Below, piece after piece: positions 9,886 through 19,580 of a stretch of 64,000 nt of DNA. A program made the translations under genes and the position numbers. The notes under the pieces were generated by a model. That model searched no databases and was not told the DNA's origin. It saw only the letters and a list, made by a program, of their open reading frames with translations. Every line of letters starts with the position of its first letter. The first letter of the stretch is position 1. The stretch is from an uncultured Flavobacteriales bacterium (GTDB taxonomy: Bacteria > Bacteroidota > Bacteroidia > Flavobacteriales_D > Parvicellaceae): positions 52,344 through 116,343 of the forward strand of contig CAYLYX010000003.1 of assembly GCA_964387945.1 (NCBI GenBank), written 5' to 3'.

Positions 9886-10449
9886 ATGAAAGCACATATA
9901 TATATCGTTTTAGGCTGGTTGTTGATTTCGATGTCGGGAGTAGCTCAAGACACCCTTACCAATAACGATTGGAGGCTTTACCCATCAAAGCAAGAGGGTA
10001 AACTGGATACCACCAAATTGCTCAAACCTCAGCAATTGGATTATGCACGCCCAGATGGTTCGGTTACGATTCATCAGGACAACAGAATTGTGGGTATTGG
10101 GAAGCAGTTAAAATCATCGCCTTATTTTTATGGTTACACGCTTCAATTGGAAGTGAGTCAGCAAAAAAGTACGATCAAAGAAGCACGTTATAAAATTCTG
10201 AAAATCAAACCGGATATTGAGTTGGATGATCCTTATGAAGCACCTAATATTTACTTATACGCGGGAAGGTTTTATGATCGGATAAGTGCCTATCAATTTA
10301 AGAATGAAATCGCGAAATACTTTCCCAATGCGATTGTCGTTGGTCCAAAGAAAATGGAGCTTCCTCGTATTCCGGAGCCAGAAATCCCAGAAGTGGAAAA
10401 TGATTCAATTACTACTCCTGAAGGATTGGAGGGTGGCATGGGTCAGTAA
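9886..10449 (+). CDS. Secreted protein with a C-terminal SPOR-like (peptidoglycan-binding) domain.
   Basis: Signal peptide MKAHIYIVLGWLLISMSGVAQ. The C-terminal segment YLYAGRFYDRISAYQFKNEIAKYFPNAIVV resembles the SPOR repeat. Confidence 0.5.
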   Translation: MKAHIYIVLGWLLISMSGVAQDTLTNNDWRLYPSKQEGKLDTTKLLKPQQLDYARPDGSVTIHQDNRIVGIGKQLKSSPYFYGYTLQLEVSQQKSTIKEARYKILKIKPDIELDDPYEAPNIYLYAGRFYDRISAYQFKNEIAKYFPNAIVVGPKKMELPRIPEPEIPEVENDSITTPEGLEGGMGQ

Positions 10450-10465
10450 GACCATCTGACTTCTG

Positions 10466-11038
10466 TTATCTCTTTTTTAGCTCTTCAGCGGCTGTCTCCA
10501 AATCATCAAAAAATTGTTGTCCCCATTTTCGGATGATAGGCTCTTTTAAAAACTTGTAGACTGGAACATCCAATTTTCCTCCACAATCACAGGCGGGTTT
10601 GCAAATGTCCCACTCGTTATAATTTACGGCTTCGTACTCACGTAATTGGGCTACTCGTATCGGGTAGAGGTGACATGAAATGGGTTTTTTGAAGTCCAGC
10701 TTTCCATCTCGATGAGCGTCTTCAATACTACACATTGCGGTTCCTTTTTCGTCAAAGCGAACAAATGCACATTCCTTACCATTGACGAGTGTAGTGACTG
10801 GAACATTGTCGTAATCCATATAAAAAACACCGTCTTGATCAACGGCATCAATTCCTTCTTTTCTCATGTAGGGTTTGATGGCTTCAAGGTTTTCTTCTAG
10901 GATGTCTACCTCTTCCATCGTCAGTGGTGCACCGGCATCTCCTTCCACGCAGCACGCACCTTTGCAGGCGGTGAGGTCGCAAACGAATTTACGTTCGAAA
11001 ACATCCAATGAGATTAGTTTTTTATCGATTTCCAACAT
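10466..11038 (-). CDS. DUF3109-family Cys-rich protein.
   Basis: 190 aa with CDLTACKGACCVEGD and CKPACDCGG motifs typical of the conserved Bacteroidota DUF3109 family. Confidence 0.5.
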   Translation of the reverse strand: MLEIDKKLISLDVFERKFVCDLTACKGACCVEGDAGAPLTMEEVDILEENLEAIKPYMRKEGIDAVDQDGVFYMDYDNVPVTTLVNGKECAFVRFDEKGTAMCSIEDAHRDGKLDFKKPISCHLYPIRVAQLREYEAVNYNEWDICKPACDCGGKLDVPVYKFLKEPIIRKWGQQFFDDLETAAEELKKR

Positions 11039-11084
11039 GAGTAAGCTGAATTTTCGACAAAGGTATGAATACTTTTAGGCATAT

Positions 11085-12107
11085 TTGCGCGGAATGGAAC
11101 TGGAAAAGTTAACATATACCTTACTCAAAGCACCGAATAACGATGTAAGGCAACTTCTTGCCGAAACGGTCTACGGTACAAAGGGAGGGTTGCGGCTGCA
11201 TCATTTTGATACGGCATGGAAACTGGATGAGTTGATTGCGCCAGATTATCATGTGCTCTACAATGGAGAAACATTGGTTGGCGTAGTGGTGTATACGAAT
11301 CGGAGAGCTCGTTTTGGGGATAGCGAGATGAATTCCCTTTACATCCGTTATTTTAGTATTTCTCCTGCTTATCAGAATCTAGGCGTGGCGCAGTATTTGA
11401 CCAAAGTAGCGGTAAGTCATTATAAGAATACATTAAGAGAACCAACCGTGGTGTACGCTTACATTGAAGCAAAGAATTTTCGATCTCAGGCAGTGAGCGA
11501 TCATTTTGAACCGCTATCTCTAGGTCATTTTTCTCCCATTTACTTTAGTAGGTTTTTTCCGAAAAAGCAAACAGGAGTGAGTTCAGATAGAAAAGATTTT
11601 GATCGACTTTATCCTTCAACTGTTCCAGTCAATTTTTCGTATCAAGGAAGATCGGACAAGAATGCGAACTATTTTACAAAAACCGTTAAAGATCGTTTTG
11701 CGACTGTACGATGTTATCCTGTAAAGTGGGAAGTATTGCAGTATCCGAACAAAGATGGGTTGATGAAAAAAGTATTGCCTAAAATTCCGATCATTAAGAA
11801 GTTGGTAGAAGGTAAGGAGCTAAATTTTGTAGCTGTGGATGCCGTTTCTTGGAATGACAACGAAATGTTGCTGTCCTTATTAGAGCATGTCTTGGCGGAC
11901 TATGGATTGTCTAAGTTGATGCTATTTGCAGATCTTTCGGATGCTCGTTTCAAGGAACTAAGAAATCATTCGAAACTAGGCACGATGTCTAAGTTGCAAA
12001 AGCCACCAAAGGTTGGGATTCAGTTGTTTTTTCACGAATGTTCAGCGGCTTTTAAGCAAGAGATACAAAACTACCCCGTTGAAATCAGAGGATTTGATGT
12101 GACATAA
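11085..12107 (+). CDS. Hypothetical protein, possibly with an N-terminal GNAT-like acetyltransferase fold.
   Basis: 340-aa ORF. The motif YQNLGVAQYL resembles the GNAT acetyl-CoA-binding Q/RxxGxG/A loop. Weak. Confidence 0.35.
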   Translation: MRGMELEKLTYTLLKAPNNDVRQLLAETVYGTKGGLRLHHFDTAWKLDELIAPDYHVLYNGETLVGVVVYTNRRARFGDSEMNSLYIRYFSISPAYQNLGVAQYLTKVAVSHYKNTLREPTVVYAYIEAKNFRSQAVSDHFEPLSLGHFSPIYFSRFFPKKQTGVSSDRKDFDRLYPSTVPVNFSYQGRSDKNANYFTKTVKDRFATVRCYPVKWEVLQYPNKDGLMKKVLPKIPIIKKLVEGKELNFVAVDAVSWNDNEMLLSLLEHVLADYGLSKLMLFADLSDARFKELRNHSKLGTMSKLQKPPKVGIQLFFHECSAAFKQEIQNYPVEIRGFDVT

Positions 12108-12141
12108 AAAAAGCCATCCGTCAATTGACGAATGGCTTTCA
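12108..12141. terminator. Bidirectional rho-independent terminator between convergent genes.
   Basis: Near-perfect palindrome AAAGCCATCCGTCAATTGACGAATGGCTTT flanked by an A-run and a T-run. It lies between the stop of the 11085-12107 gene and the stop of the T9SS cargo gene. Confidence 0.6.
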
Positions 12142-12159
12142 TTATTTAGTTTATGCTGA

Positions 12160-15100
12160 TTACTTAATCATAACGTTAGTTACGTTAGTACCAGAAGCAT
12201 TTGTAACACTAACCATGTACATTCCTGCCTCTACGTTGTTTAAGTTAATCTCAAACGGAGTTCCAGCAGTAAGTCCAACAACGTTGTTGTAAACTACTTT
12301 TCCGCTGATATCAGTAATCTTAACTGTGCTTTCACCTGTTACGTCAGAAAGCATAAAGAAGCTTCCATCGTTAGGGTTAGGATAAAGAGAAACTTCAAAG
12401 TTGTTCTCCTCTACACCAGCACAATTAGTGATGACTACCTGAACAGTTGTTTCAGCAGCAGGACAAACACCGTTATCCACTTGGTAAGTGAATGGGTATG
12501 TTCCGTTTGGAACACCAGCCGCAACGAAAACATTTCCGTTAGGTCCAGCCAATAATCCTGTTCCAGAATCATCCAACCATGTTCCACCAGCCTCAACTGT
12601 TCCTTCCAAACCATCTGGAAGATATACATCTGTATTACACGACATGAATGGAGATATAGCAGTTCCTGAATTACCAGGAGCAACGATGTTTAATGTAGCC
12701 ATAGCAGAATCCATTGCACATCCTTGTTGAACGATGTATGTTGCTTCGTGTGTTCCAGCAGGAACTGAACTTGCAATGAACATTGAGTCCATCGCAATTG
12801 CCGCTGGGTTCAGGTCGAACATCCACATACCTCCTGCATTGGTAGAAGCTACCGAGTTAAGGTCAATAGTGTCAGAAGCACACACATCCATCATTCCATC
12901 TGTACCTGCATTCAAGTTGATTTCAGATAGCGTAATTAGGAAGTTTCCTGAAGCTCCACTGAATCCATCAACCATAATTGCGATCGTGTCACCAGGAGTT
13001 CCACAAAGCTCTATTTGCGATTGAAGACCACAAGGAGTATAATCGTCATTGTAGTTTAATTCAGTATATGTAGAGAAGTCACCACAAACACCATATTCAA
13101 ACCCATAGATTTTGGTATCAAATCCACTTCCGCACAAGGATGCTGTTACACCTTGAGTATTAGGATGTACAAAGTAGAACCAAACTGATGATCCTCCTGA
13201 TCCATTGATTGGCTCTCCTTGAGAAGTAGAACCAGTTGAAGTATATGCTCTAGACATTCCATCTACAGGCAGTTCAATTGCGTCACAAGCGTCATCGTTA
13301 CCCAATGGCATTGCGAAACTATATGGACCTGTAAATTCAGAAGTGTCACCTCCAGCACATGCAGCCTGCACATAAAAGTCGTAAATTCCACTTGGATCCA
13401 AACCAACTAATGTATCTGGGTTGTTGTTTGTAGTCGTGTACATCGTTCCTGTACCTAATGTGAAGCCAGCTGGACCATATTCTACGTTCCACTCTGTTTC
13501 ACCATCGATTCCTGCTGTCCATGAAAGGAAAGCGGTGTCAGTTACAACTGTAGCTGATAGTCCTCCTACATTGTTACAGAACAAAGGAGTTGTTACTGAA
13601 ACAGGACCAACCCAAAGGCTAGAATCTGTAGCAGAACAGTTTCCTAATAAATAGAAGTCGTAAGCTGTATTTTGCATCAGCATTCCAATTGTATCATTCG
13701 GCATACCGTTCACAGATACGTAGGTTCCTGAACCTTGAGTGAAGCCAGTCATTCCATATTCAATTGTCCATTCTGTTTCTCCTGTAGATCCAGGTGTCCA
13801 ATCCAATTCTACCGAATCAGGCGAGATCACGTTTACAGTAAATCCAGTTGGAGCAGCACAGTTAGGTAGTGTAGTGAAGCTAACAGGACCAACCCATGCG
13901 CTCATATCACCACCACCACAGTCAGCCATTACGTAAACATCGTAGTCTGTAATTTGATCCAAACCACCGATGGTGTCCGTTGGATCTGTTGAGATGTTTC
14001 CTGAATAAAGCTCAGCACTTGTTCCAGGAGTAAATCCTGAAGCGCCAAGTTCTACTACCCAATCCGTTTCAAGGTATCCTGGATCCCACTCAACAATAAC
14101 GCTATCGTTGTCAAACCACGTTGAAACAAGGTTTTCTGGGTCTGGACAAGGAGGTGTCATATCCAATCCGAAGTCATCGAAACTAAGATCCCAAGGATTG
14201 AAGTTTGCGTTAACTCTGATTGCAAAATAATAGGTTCCTGTTGTAGGAGCCTGGAAACGGTAAAGCTCTTGACGATACGTCATGTCTGTTGCACTCGCTG
14301 AGGTCACAAATGATCCTCCAATTTGAGTGGCACCAGTTGAACTTTGGTCAGTGTTCACAAATACATCACCATCCCATCCAGAATATCCATCACCAGCCCA
14401 CCAGAAAGTAAAGTCATAAGACTCACCTGCAACTAGGTCAAAACCTGGTGTCCAGATATACTCATCTGTTGCTCCGTATCTATTTCTAATGAAGTAAGAT
14501 CCTGAAAGTGCATCAGCATCGTAAGAAGAGCCACCGTTGTCTGATGACTGCCAATCACCATTTTCCTTAAACCAGCAAGATGGAAAAACAGTAGTTCCAG
14601 TTGATGAGAGCCCTTCAAAGTCCTCCATCCAAGGAATAGTTTCAGACATACATGGTGTAGAAAATGCGAACGGTCCAGACCAGGCACTTGTATCACCTAC
14701 ACCGCAGATCGTTCTCACGTAGAACTCATAATCCGTTGAATGCGCTAAGGTTCCAGATGGTTCTGGATTGTTTATGGTAGATGTTCCACTTGCAACTGGT
14801 GTGAATCCTGCTGTACCATATACTACTTCCCACTCAGAACCACCTGCATCAGTCCATCCAAAATCAGCAGAAGTTGCTGTTAGGTTGGTAACGGTTAGAG
14901 CCGTTGGTTGAGGACAAGATGGAGGTGTGTAAGAAAACATCTCTGAACTTTCCAATTCAGCCGCTTCGTTTCCAGGTTCGAAAGAACCACTTGCATCTGT
15001 GTCGGTTCCATCGCTAGGAGATGCTCCAGTATTGTTAGCAATTAGGGTTCCGCTACCCCCCATGGCATCTCTTAGTTCATAAATAGTTCCATCCCAGCCA

Positions 15101-15375
15101 TCTGCATACGCATCGTAACAGTTAATATAGTAGGTCATTCCATCAGTAATGGTAATAGGTTCATTAGAAAGTAGACCTGCGTTCGCTCCGTAGGTTCCAG
15201 CTCCTTGATCCCAAATTACATTACCCGTACCGTTTGGTCCATCTGTAATACTGACCCATTTCTCAGAAGGATAGCTTCCACCACTTGTTGTTAAGTAGAC
15301 GGTGGATGTTTGTCCAAAAACTTGAGAAGCCAACATTACTGACAGACCTGCCAATAAAGTAAAATTTTTCTTCAT
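12160..15375 (-). CDS. T9SS-secreted cell-surface protein with four fibronectin-III-like repeats and a C-terminal Por/T9SS sorting domain.
   Basis: Signal peptide. Four ~95-aa repeats, each containing ...E(T)EW.VEYG..GFT.G.G....D.Y.F.V.. (FN3-like). C-terminal ~80 aa (VSLYPNPNDGSFFML...GMYMVSVTNASG) matches a T9SS type-A CTD. Confidence 0.75.
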   Translation of the reverse strand: MKKNFTLLAGLSVMLASQVFGQTSTVYLTTSGGSYPSEKWVSITDGPNGTGNVIWDQGAGTYGANAGLLSNEPITITDGMTYYINCYDAYADGWDGTIYELRDAMGGSGTLIANNTGASPSDGTDTDASGSFEPGNEAAELESSEMFSYTPPSCPQPTALTVTNLTATSADFGWTDAGGSEWEVVYGTAGFTPVASGTSTINNPEPSGTLAHSTDYEFYVRTICGVGDTSAWSGPFAFSTPCMSETIPWMEDFEGLSSTGTTVFPSCWFKENGDWQSSDNGGSSYDADALSGSYFIRNRYGATDEYIWTPGFDLVAGESYDFTFWWAGDGYSGWDGDVFVNTDQSSTGATQIGGSFVTSASATDMTYRQELYRFQAPTTGTYYFAIRVNANFNPWDLSFDDFGLDMTPPCPDPENLVSTWFDNDSVIVEWDPGYLETDWVVELGASGFTPGTSAELYSGNISTDPTDTIGGLDQITDYDVYVMADCGGGDMSAWVGPVSFTTLPNCAAPTGFTVNVISPDSVELDWTPGSTGETEWTIEYGMTGFTQGSGTYVSVNGMPNDTIGMLMQNTAYDFYLLGNCSATDSSLWVGPVSVTTPLFCNNVGGLSATVVTDTAFLSWTAGIDGETEWNVEYGPAGFTLGTGTMYTTTNNNPDTLVGLDPSGIYDFYVQAACAGGDTSEFTGPYSFAMPLGNDDACDAIELPVDGMSRAYTSTGSTSQGEPINGSGGSSVWFYFVHPNTQGVTASLCGSGFDTKIYGFEYGVCGDFSTYTELNYNDDYTPCGLQSQIELCGTPGDTIAIMVDGFSGASGNFLITLSEINLNAGTDGMMDVCASDTIDLNSVASTNAGGMWMFDLNPAAIAMDSMFIASSVPAGTHEATYIVQQGCAMDSAMATLNIVAPGNSGTAISPFMSCNTDVYLPDGLEGTVEAGGTWLDDSGTGLLAGPNGNVFVAAGVPNGTYPFTYQVDNGVCPAAETTVQVVITNCAGVEENNFEVSLYPNPNDGSFFMLSDVTGESTVKITDISGKVVYNNVVGLTAGTPFEINLNNVEAGMYMVSVTNASGTNVTNVMIK

Positions 15376-15548
15376 ATTTTTAGGTTTTATAAATTTTAAT
15401 CAAAGTTACCAAATTATTACAAAAACTGCGTGAGTTATTATGTAGAAGACAGGGTTTTTAGATGGACGACCAAAATCGTCCTTTAAATGAAAGAATCATA
15501 GCTTTGGAAATCTACTTACGGCTTCATAAGAAATTCAACTATTTGGCT

Positions 15549-15556
15549 ATTTTTGT
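15549..15556 (+). promoter_or_regulatory. Candidate -7 box (TATTTTTG) for the SDR gene.
   Basis: TAnnTTTG match 18 nt upstream of the ATG at 15574. Confidence 0.3.
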
Positions 15557-15573
15557 TAAAAATTGAAGAAATT

Positions 15574-16362
15574 ATGAATACGGACTTGACAGGAAAAACG
15601 GCCTTGGTTTGTGGAAGTACTCAGGGCATTGGAAAAGCAACTGCTGAGGAGTTGGCAAGAATGGGTGCAAACGTGGTTTTGTTGGCGAGAAATGAAGAGA
15701 AATTAATTGAGGTGAAAAAGCAATTGGACACCTCAAAAGGTCAACAGCACTTTCATCTAAAGGCGGACTTCAATTTTCCTCCTGAAATACGGATCAAGGT
15801 AGAGTCTTTTATTGAAGAGTTTATGCCTATCGATATCTTGATCAATAACACAGGTGGCCCGGCAGGTGGCTTGGCGATTGATGCAAAAGTTGATGAGTAT
15901 GTTCATGCCTTTAACATGCACTTGGTGGCCAATCAAATCCTTGCTCAGGCAGTTGTACCCAGCATGAAAGAAAAAGGTTTTGGACGTATTGTCAATGTGA
16001 TCAGCACTTCGGTTAAACAACCATTAAATGGTTTGGGGGTTTCAAATACCATTCGAGGAGCGGTGGCCAATTGGTCAAAAACCTTGGCAAACGAACTCGG
16101 GGAGTACGGCATAACCGTAAATAATGTTTTGCCAGGTGCTACGAACACCTCCAGACTGAAGCAAATTCTCTCGAATAAAGCTGAAAAAAGCGGAAAATCT
16201 GAGGCTGAAGTTGCAGATGTAATGACGGGACAAGTACCGATGCAACGCTTTGCCAAACCAGAAGAGGTAGCCAACGGAATCGCGTTTTTGGCTTCTCCTG
16301 CTGCAAGCTACATTAACGGGATCAACTTGCCTATAGATGGTGGACGTACGAAGTCGCTGTAG
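15574..16362 (+). CDS. SDR-family oxidoreductase (FabG-like).
   Basis: N-terminal TGKTALVCGSTQGIGKATAEELA Rossmann motif, the NNTGG motif, and a catalytic Tyr/Lys region. The start is moved from the track's TTG (15553) to the ATG at 15574. Confidence 0.8.
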   Translation: MNTDLTGKTALVCGSTQGIGKATAEELARMGANVVLLARNEEKLIEVKKQLDTSKGQQHFHLKADFNFPPEIRIKVESFIEEFMPIDILINNTGGPAGGLAIDAKVDEYVHAFNMHLVANQILAQAVVPSMKEKGFGRIVNVISTSVKQPLNGLGVSNTIRGAVANWSKTLANELGEYGITVNNVLPGATNTSRLKQILSNKAEKSGKSEAEVADVMTGQVPMQRFAKPEEVANGIAFLASPAASYINGINLPIDGGRTKSL

Positions 16363-16429
16363 TTACTTTGCGGGTTAGCAGAACTTCTTTATCTTTAACA
16401 ACTTATTCATTTAAATTTACTTTTTCAGA

Positions 16430-17437
16430 ATGCTGAAAATAGATATGCACACGCACATCATGCCGAGAGAGATGCCCAGATGGGCGCAGAAGTTCGGGTA
16501 TGAAGGCTTTATCCATTTGGAACATTATCGTGAGGGCTTTGCCCGAATGATGCAAGGAGATACTTTTTTTCGAGAAATAGAACAGAATTGCTGGGATCCT
16601 GCTGTCCGAATTCCGGAATATGAACAGTTCAATACACAAGTTCAGGTGATTTGCACCATACCGGTCTTGTTTGCTTATTTCGCCAAGCCTTCTCATGGTG
16701 CTGAAGTGGCTAGGTTTCTCAACGATGACATTGCAGAGCATGTGGTAAGGTATCCCAAGAACTACATTGGTTTGGGTACAGTTCCAATGCAAGCTCCAGA
16801 TTTGGCAGTGAAAGAATTGGAGCGAATCAAAGAGATTGGACTAAAAGGCATTCAGATTGGTTCGAATATCAACAATAAGAATTTAAGTGAAGAAGAGTTT
16901 CATCCTATTTGGGAAGCTTGCCAGGAATTAGATTTGGCCGTAATGGTGCATCCGTGGAATATGATGGGCAAAAAGCACATGGAGAAATATTGGTTGCCTT
17001 GGTTAGTAGGTATGCCGGCTGAAACTTCAAGAGCCATTTGCTCAATGATTTTTGGCGGTGTGTTTGAAAAATTTAAGGACCTACGCGTAAATTTCTGTCA
17101 CGCCAGTGGGTCTTTTTTAGCAACCATTGGTAGAATTGAACACGGATACAACTGCAGACCAGACCTTGTAGCGATTGACAATCCGATCAACCCGAAAGAA
17201 TACCTCGGTAAGTTTTGGGTAGACTGCATCACGCATGATCCGTTGATGTTGGATTATGTGCTGAAATTGCAAGGATCTAAAAAAGTAACATTGGGGAGCG
17301 ATTATCCTTTTCCGCTGGGTGACCTGGAAATTGGCAAGTTTATTGAGGATGGAGATTTCTCTCAAGAAGTAGTTGAAGACATATTTTGTAACTCAACACT
17401 GGAGTGGTTGAACATGAGTAAAGACGAATTAGTATAA
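16430..17437 (+). CDS. Amidohydrolase-2 family metal-dependent decarboxylase (ACMSD-like).
   Basis: The N-terminus KIDMHTHIMPREMPRWAQKFGYEGFIHLEH matches the ACMSD signature (HxH metal ligands), and HP/HASG ligands occur downstream. Confidence 0.7.
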   Translation: MLKIDMHTHIMPREMPRWAQKFGYEGFIHLEHYREGFARMMQGDTFFREIEQNCWDPAVRIPEYEQFNTQVQVICTIPVLFAYFAKPSHGAEVARFLNDDIAEHVVRYPKNYIGLGTVPMQAPDLAVKELERIKEIGLKGIQIGSNINNKNLSEEEFHPIWEACQELDLAVMVHPWNMMGKKHMEKYWLPWLVGMPAETSRAICSMIFGGVFEKFKDLRVNFCHASGSFLATIGRIEHGYNCRPDLVAIDNPINPKEYLGKFWVDCITHDPLMLDYVLKLQGSKKVTLGSDYPFPLGDLEIGKFIEDGDFSQEVVEDIFCNSTLEWLNMSKDELV

Positions 17438-17441
17438 ATAC

Positions 17442-19316
17442 ATGAAAAGATTAGTATTATCAGTAATGGTGGCGATGTCCACGATGATTTCTTGTGCAGC
17501 ACAAGAAGGGTATTGGCAACAACGTGTAGAATATACCATGGAGATTGATATGGACGTGGAGAAGGATCAATTCTACGGACATCAAGAGTTGGTGTATGAA
17601 AACAATTCACCAGATACACTTTACAACGTTTATTATCATTTGTACTACAATGCATTTCAGCCGGGATCGATGATGGATGTTCGATCGAGAACTATTGAAG
17701 ACCCAGACCCAAGAGTAACGGATAGAATTGCTAAGCTAAAGCCCAATGAAATTGGTTTTCACGAAATAAAGTATTTAAAAAAGAATGGAGTTCCGCAAGA
17801 TTTTGAGATGGTGGGGACCATTCTAGAAGTGACATTGGATAAACCTATCCTACCCGGAAAGAAGGTGACCTTTGAAATGGAATTTCAAAGTCAGGTGCCG
17901 CTGCAAATTCGAAGAACGGGAAGAGATAATGTGGAAGGGATTGAATACTCCATGACGCAGTGGTATCCTAAAATGTGTGAATACGATAAAGAAGGTTGGC
18001 ATGCTAATCCATACATCGGAAGAGAGTTTCATGGTATTTGGGGTGATTTTGATGTCAAGATTACCATTGATAAAGACTATGTGTTAGGAGGAACAGGATA
18101 TATTCAAAACCCACAAGAAGTAGGTTGCGGCTACGAGGATCCTGCAAAGAAGGTTGTCCCCGCTTCTGGAAATAAAAAAACTTGGCATTTCAAAGCTCCC
18201 AACGTTCACGATTTTGCTTGGGCAGCAGACCCTGACTTTGTGCATGATACAACCATGCTAGATAATGGAACAATTATTCATTTCATTTTTCAGAACGACA
18301 CGTTAGAAGAGAATTGGAAGAACCTGAAAGCTTATGCCAGAAAAGGTTTTGAATACGTCAACGACAATTTTGGGGAGTATCCCTATAAGCAATACTCTGT
18401 GATTCAAGGAGGAGATGGAGGAATGGAATATCCGATGTGTACCTTAATTACAGCAGAAGGGTCTTTTGCCGGTTTGGTGAGTGTTACCATTCATGAAGGA
18501 ATACACAGTTGGTTTCAAGGCGTTTTGGCAACTAATGAGGCAAAATATGCCTGGATGGATGAAGGGTTCTGCACATTTGCGCAGTATAAGACTTTGGATT
18601 ACCTCTACGACAAGAATACACTAAATCCACTGAGTAGAAACTACATGGGTTATGTGAGGTTAGCGCAGACGGACAAGCAGGAACCTTTAACTACGCATGC
18701 TGACTTTTATAAGATGAATGCGGTTTACGGAAGTAATGCCTATTCAAAAGGTGCGGTGTTTCTTATGCAATTGGGTTATGTAATAGGAGAGGACGCTCTG
18801 ATGCGTACGATGAAGCGCTATTTTGATGAATGGAAATTCAAACATCCTACACCATTAGACTTCAAGCGAATCGCAGAAAAAGAATCTGGGTTGGAGTTGG
18901 ATTGGTACTTTGAACAGTTTGTAGAGACCATCAATACCATCGATTATCAAGTGAAGAGTGTAGAGTCTGTAGGCGGTGGAACTGAAATTACGCTAGAGCG
19001 ACTGGGAGATATGCCAATGCCAATAGATGTAATTGTTTACGAAAAGGATGGAGATATCCGTTGGTACAATGTCCCGATGAGAATCATGCGTGGGACTAAA
19101 GGAGATGATATCCTAAAGGTAAAACGAGAGAATCTAGCAGATTGGCCTTGGGTTTATCCTACGTATACATTTAAAGTGAATATTCCAATCAGTCAAATAG
19201 CTGAGGTGGTGATTGACCCTACTAATCGCTTGGCAGATATTGAGCCAACTAACAATGCTTTCGTTCCCGGAGAAGGAGGGGTAGATTTAGAGATAAAGTC
19301 CTTTAAAGGAAATTAA
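17442..19316 (+). CDS. Secreted M1-family zinc metallopeptidase.
   Basis: Signal peptide. The HEGIHSWF motif (HExxH) with a downstream Glu is consistent with a gluzincin. Confidence 0.7.
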   Translation: MKRLVLSVMVAMSTMISCAAQEGYWQQRVEYTMEIDMDVEKDQFYGHQELVYENNSPDTLYNVYYHLYYNAFQPGSMMDVRSRTIEDPDPRVTDRIAKLKPNEIGFHEIKYLKKNGVPQDFEMVGTILEVTLDKPILPGKKVTFEMEFQSQVPLQIRRTGRDNVEGIEYSMTQWYPKMCEYDKEGWHANPYIGREFHGIWGDFDVKITIDKDYVLGGTGYIQNPQEVGCGYEDPAKKVVPASGNKKTWHFKAPNVHDFAWAADPDFVHDTTMLDNGTIIHFIFQNDTLEENWKNLKAYARKGFEYVNDNFGEYPYKQYSVIQGGDGGMEYPMCTLITAEGSFAGLVSVTIHEGIHSWFQGVLATNEAKYAWMDEGFCTFAQYKTLDYLYDKNTLNPLSRNYMGYVRLAQTDKQEPLTTHADFYKMNAVYGSNAYSKGAVFLMQLGYVIGEDALMRTMKRYFDEWKFKHPTPLDFKRIAEKESGLELDWYFEQFVETINTIDYQVKSVESVGGGTEITLERLGDMPMPIDVIVYEKDGDIRWYNVPMRIMRGTKGDDILKVKRENLADWPWVYPTYTFKVNIPISQIAEVVIDPTNRLADIEPTNNAFVPGEGGVDLEIKSFKGN

Positions 19317-19525
19317 TTACTGCATTTCTTCTTGTGATAAGTATTATATCCTGCCCTACGCAGTAGGATTTGTCTGTGCATGTTTTACTAAATCGGACGG
19401 ATTGTAATCTATGCAGTGATAGTATTTATACCACTCCCTCAGAGGGCTTAATTCCACCTAAATACAAACTAATGCATAGTTAGTTGATAGTGAAAGCTTT
19501 TTTGGATGTACTTAAAAGAGCAGAA

Positions 19526-19562
19526 ACAAAAAAGGCGAGTTGATTTCAACTCGCCTTTTAAT
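19526..19562. terminator. Bidirectional rho-independent terminator.
   Basis: AAAAAAGGCGAGTTGATTTCAACTCGCCTTTT is a perfect 11-bp stem flanked by an A-tract and a T-tract. It sits immediately downstream of the OmpA-family gene on the minus strand and about 200 nt downstream of the M1 peptidase on the plus strand. Confidence 0.7.
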
Positions 19563-19580
19563 TTGTATTATGAAATACTA

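Noticed and set aside
15945-16274. Antisense ORFs within the SDR gene, and similar short ORFs throughout the track (e.g. 248-496, 2180-2413, 12488-13024, 44058-44666, 55012-55554)
   Set aside because: All are embedded antisense or out-of-frame within strongly supported genes and lack any recognisable features.
19317-19500. 184-nt non-coding stretch with short hairpins (CCTACGCAGTAGG) that could be a tRNA or small RNA
   Set aside because: There is no T-arm (GTTCRANYC) or acceptor-stem structure, and no convincing conserved-looking structure. It is left as intergenic.
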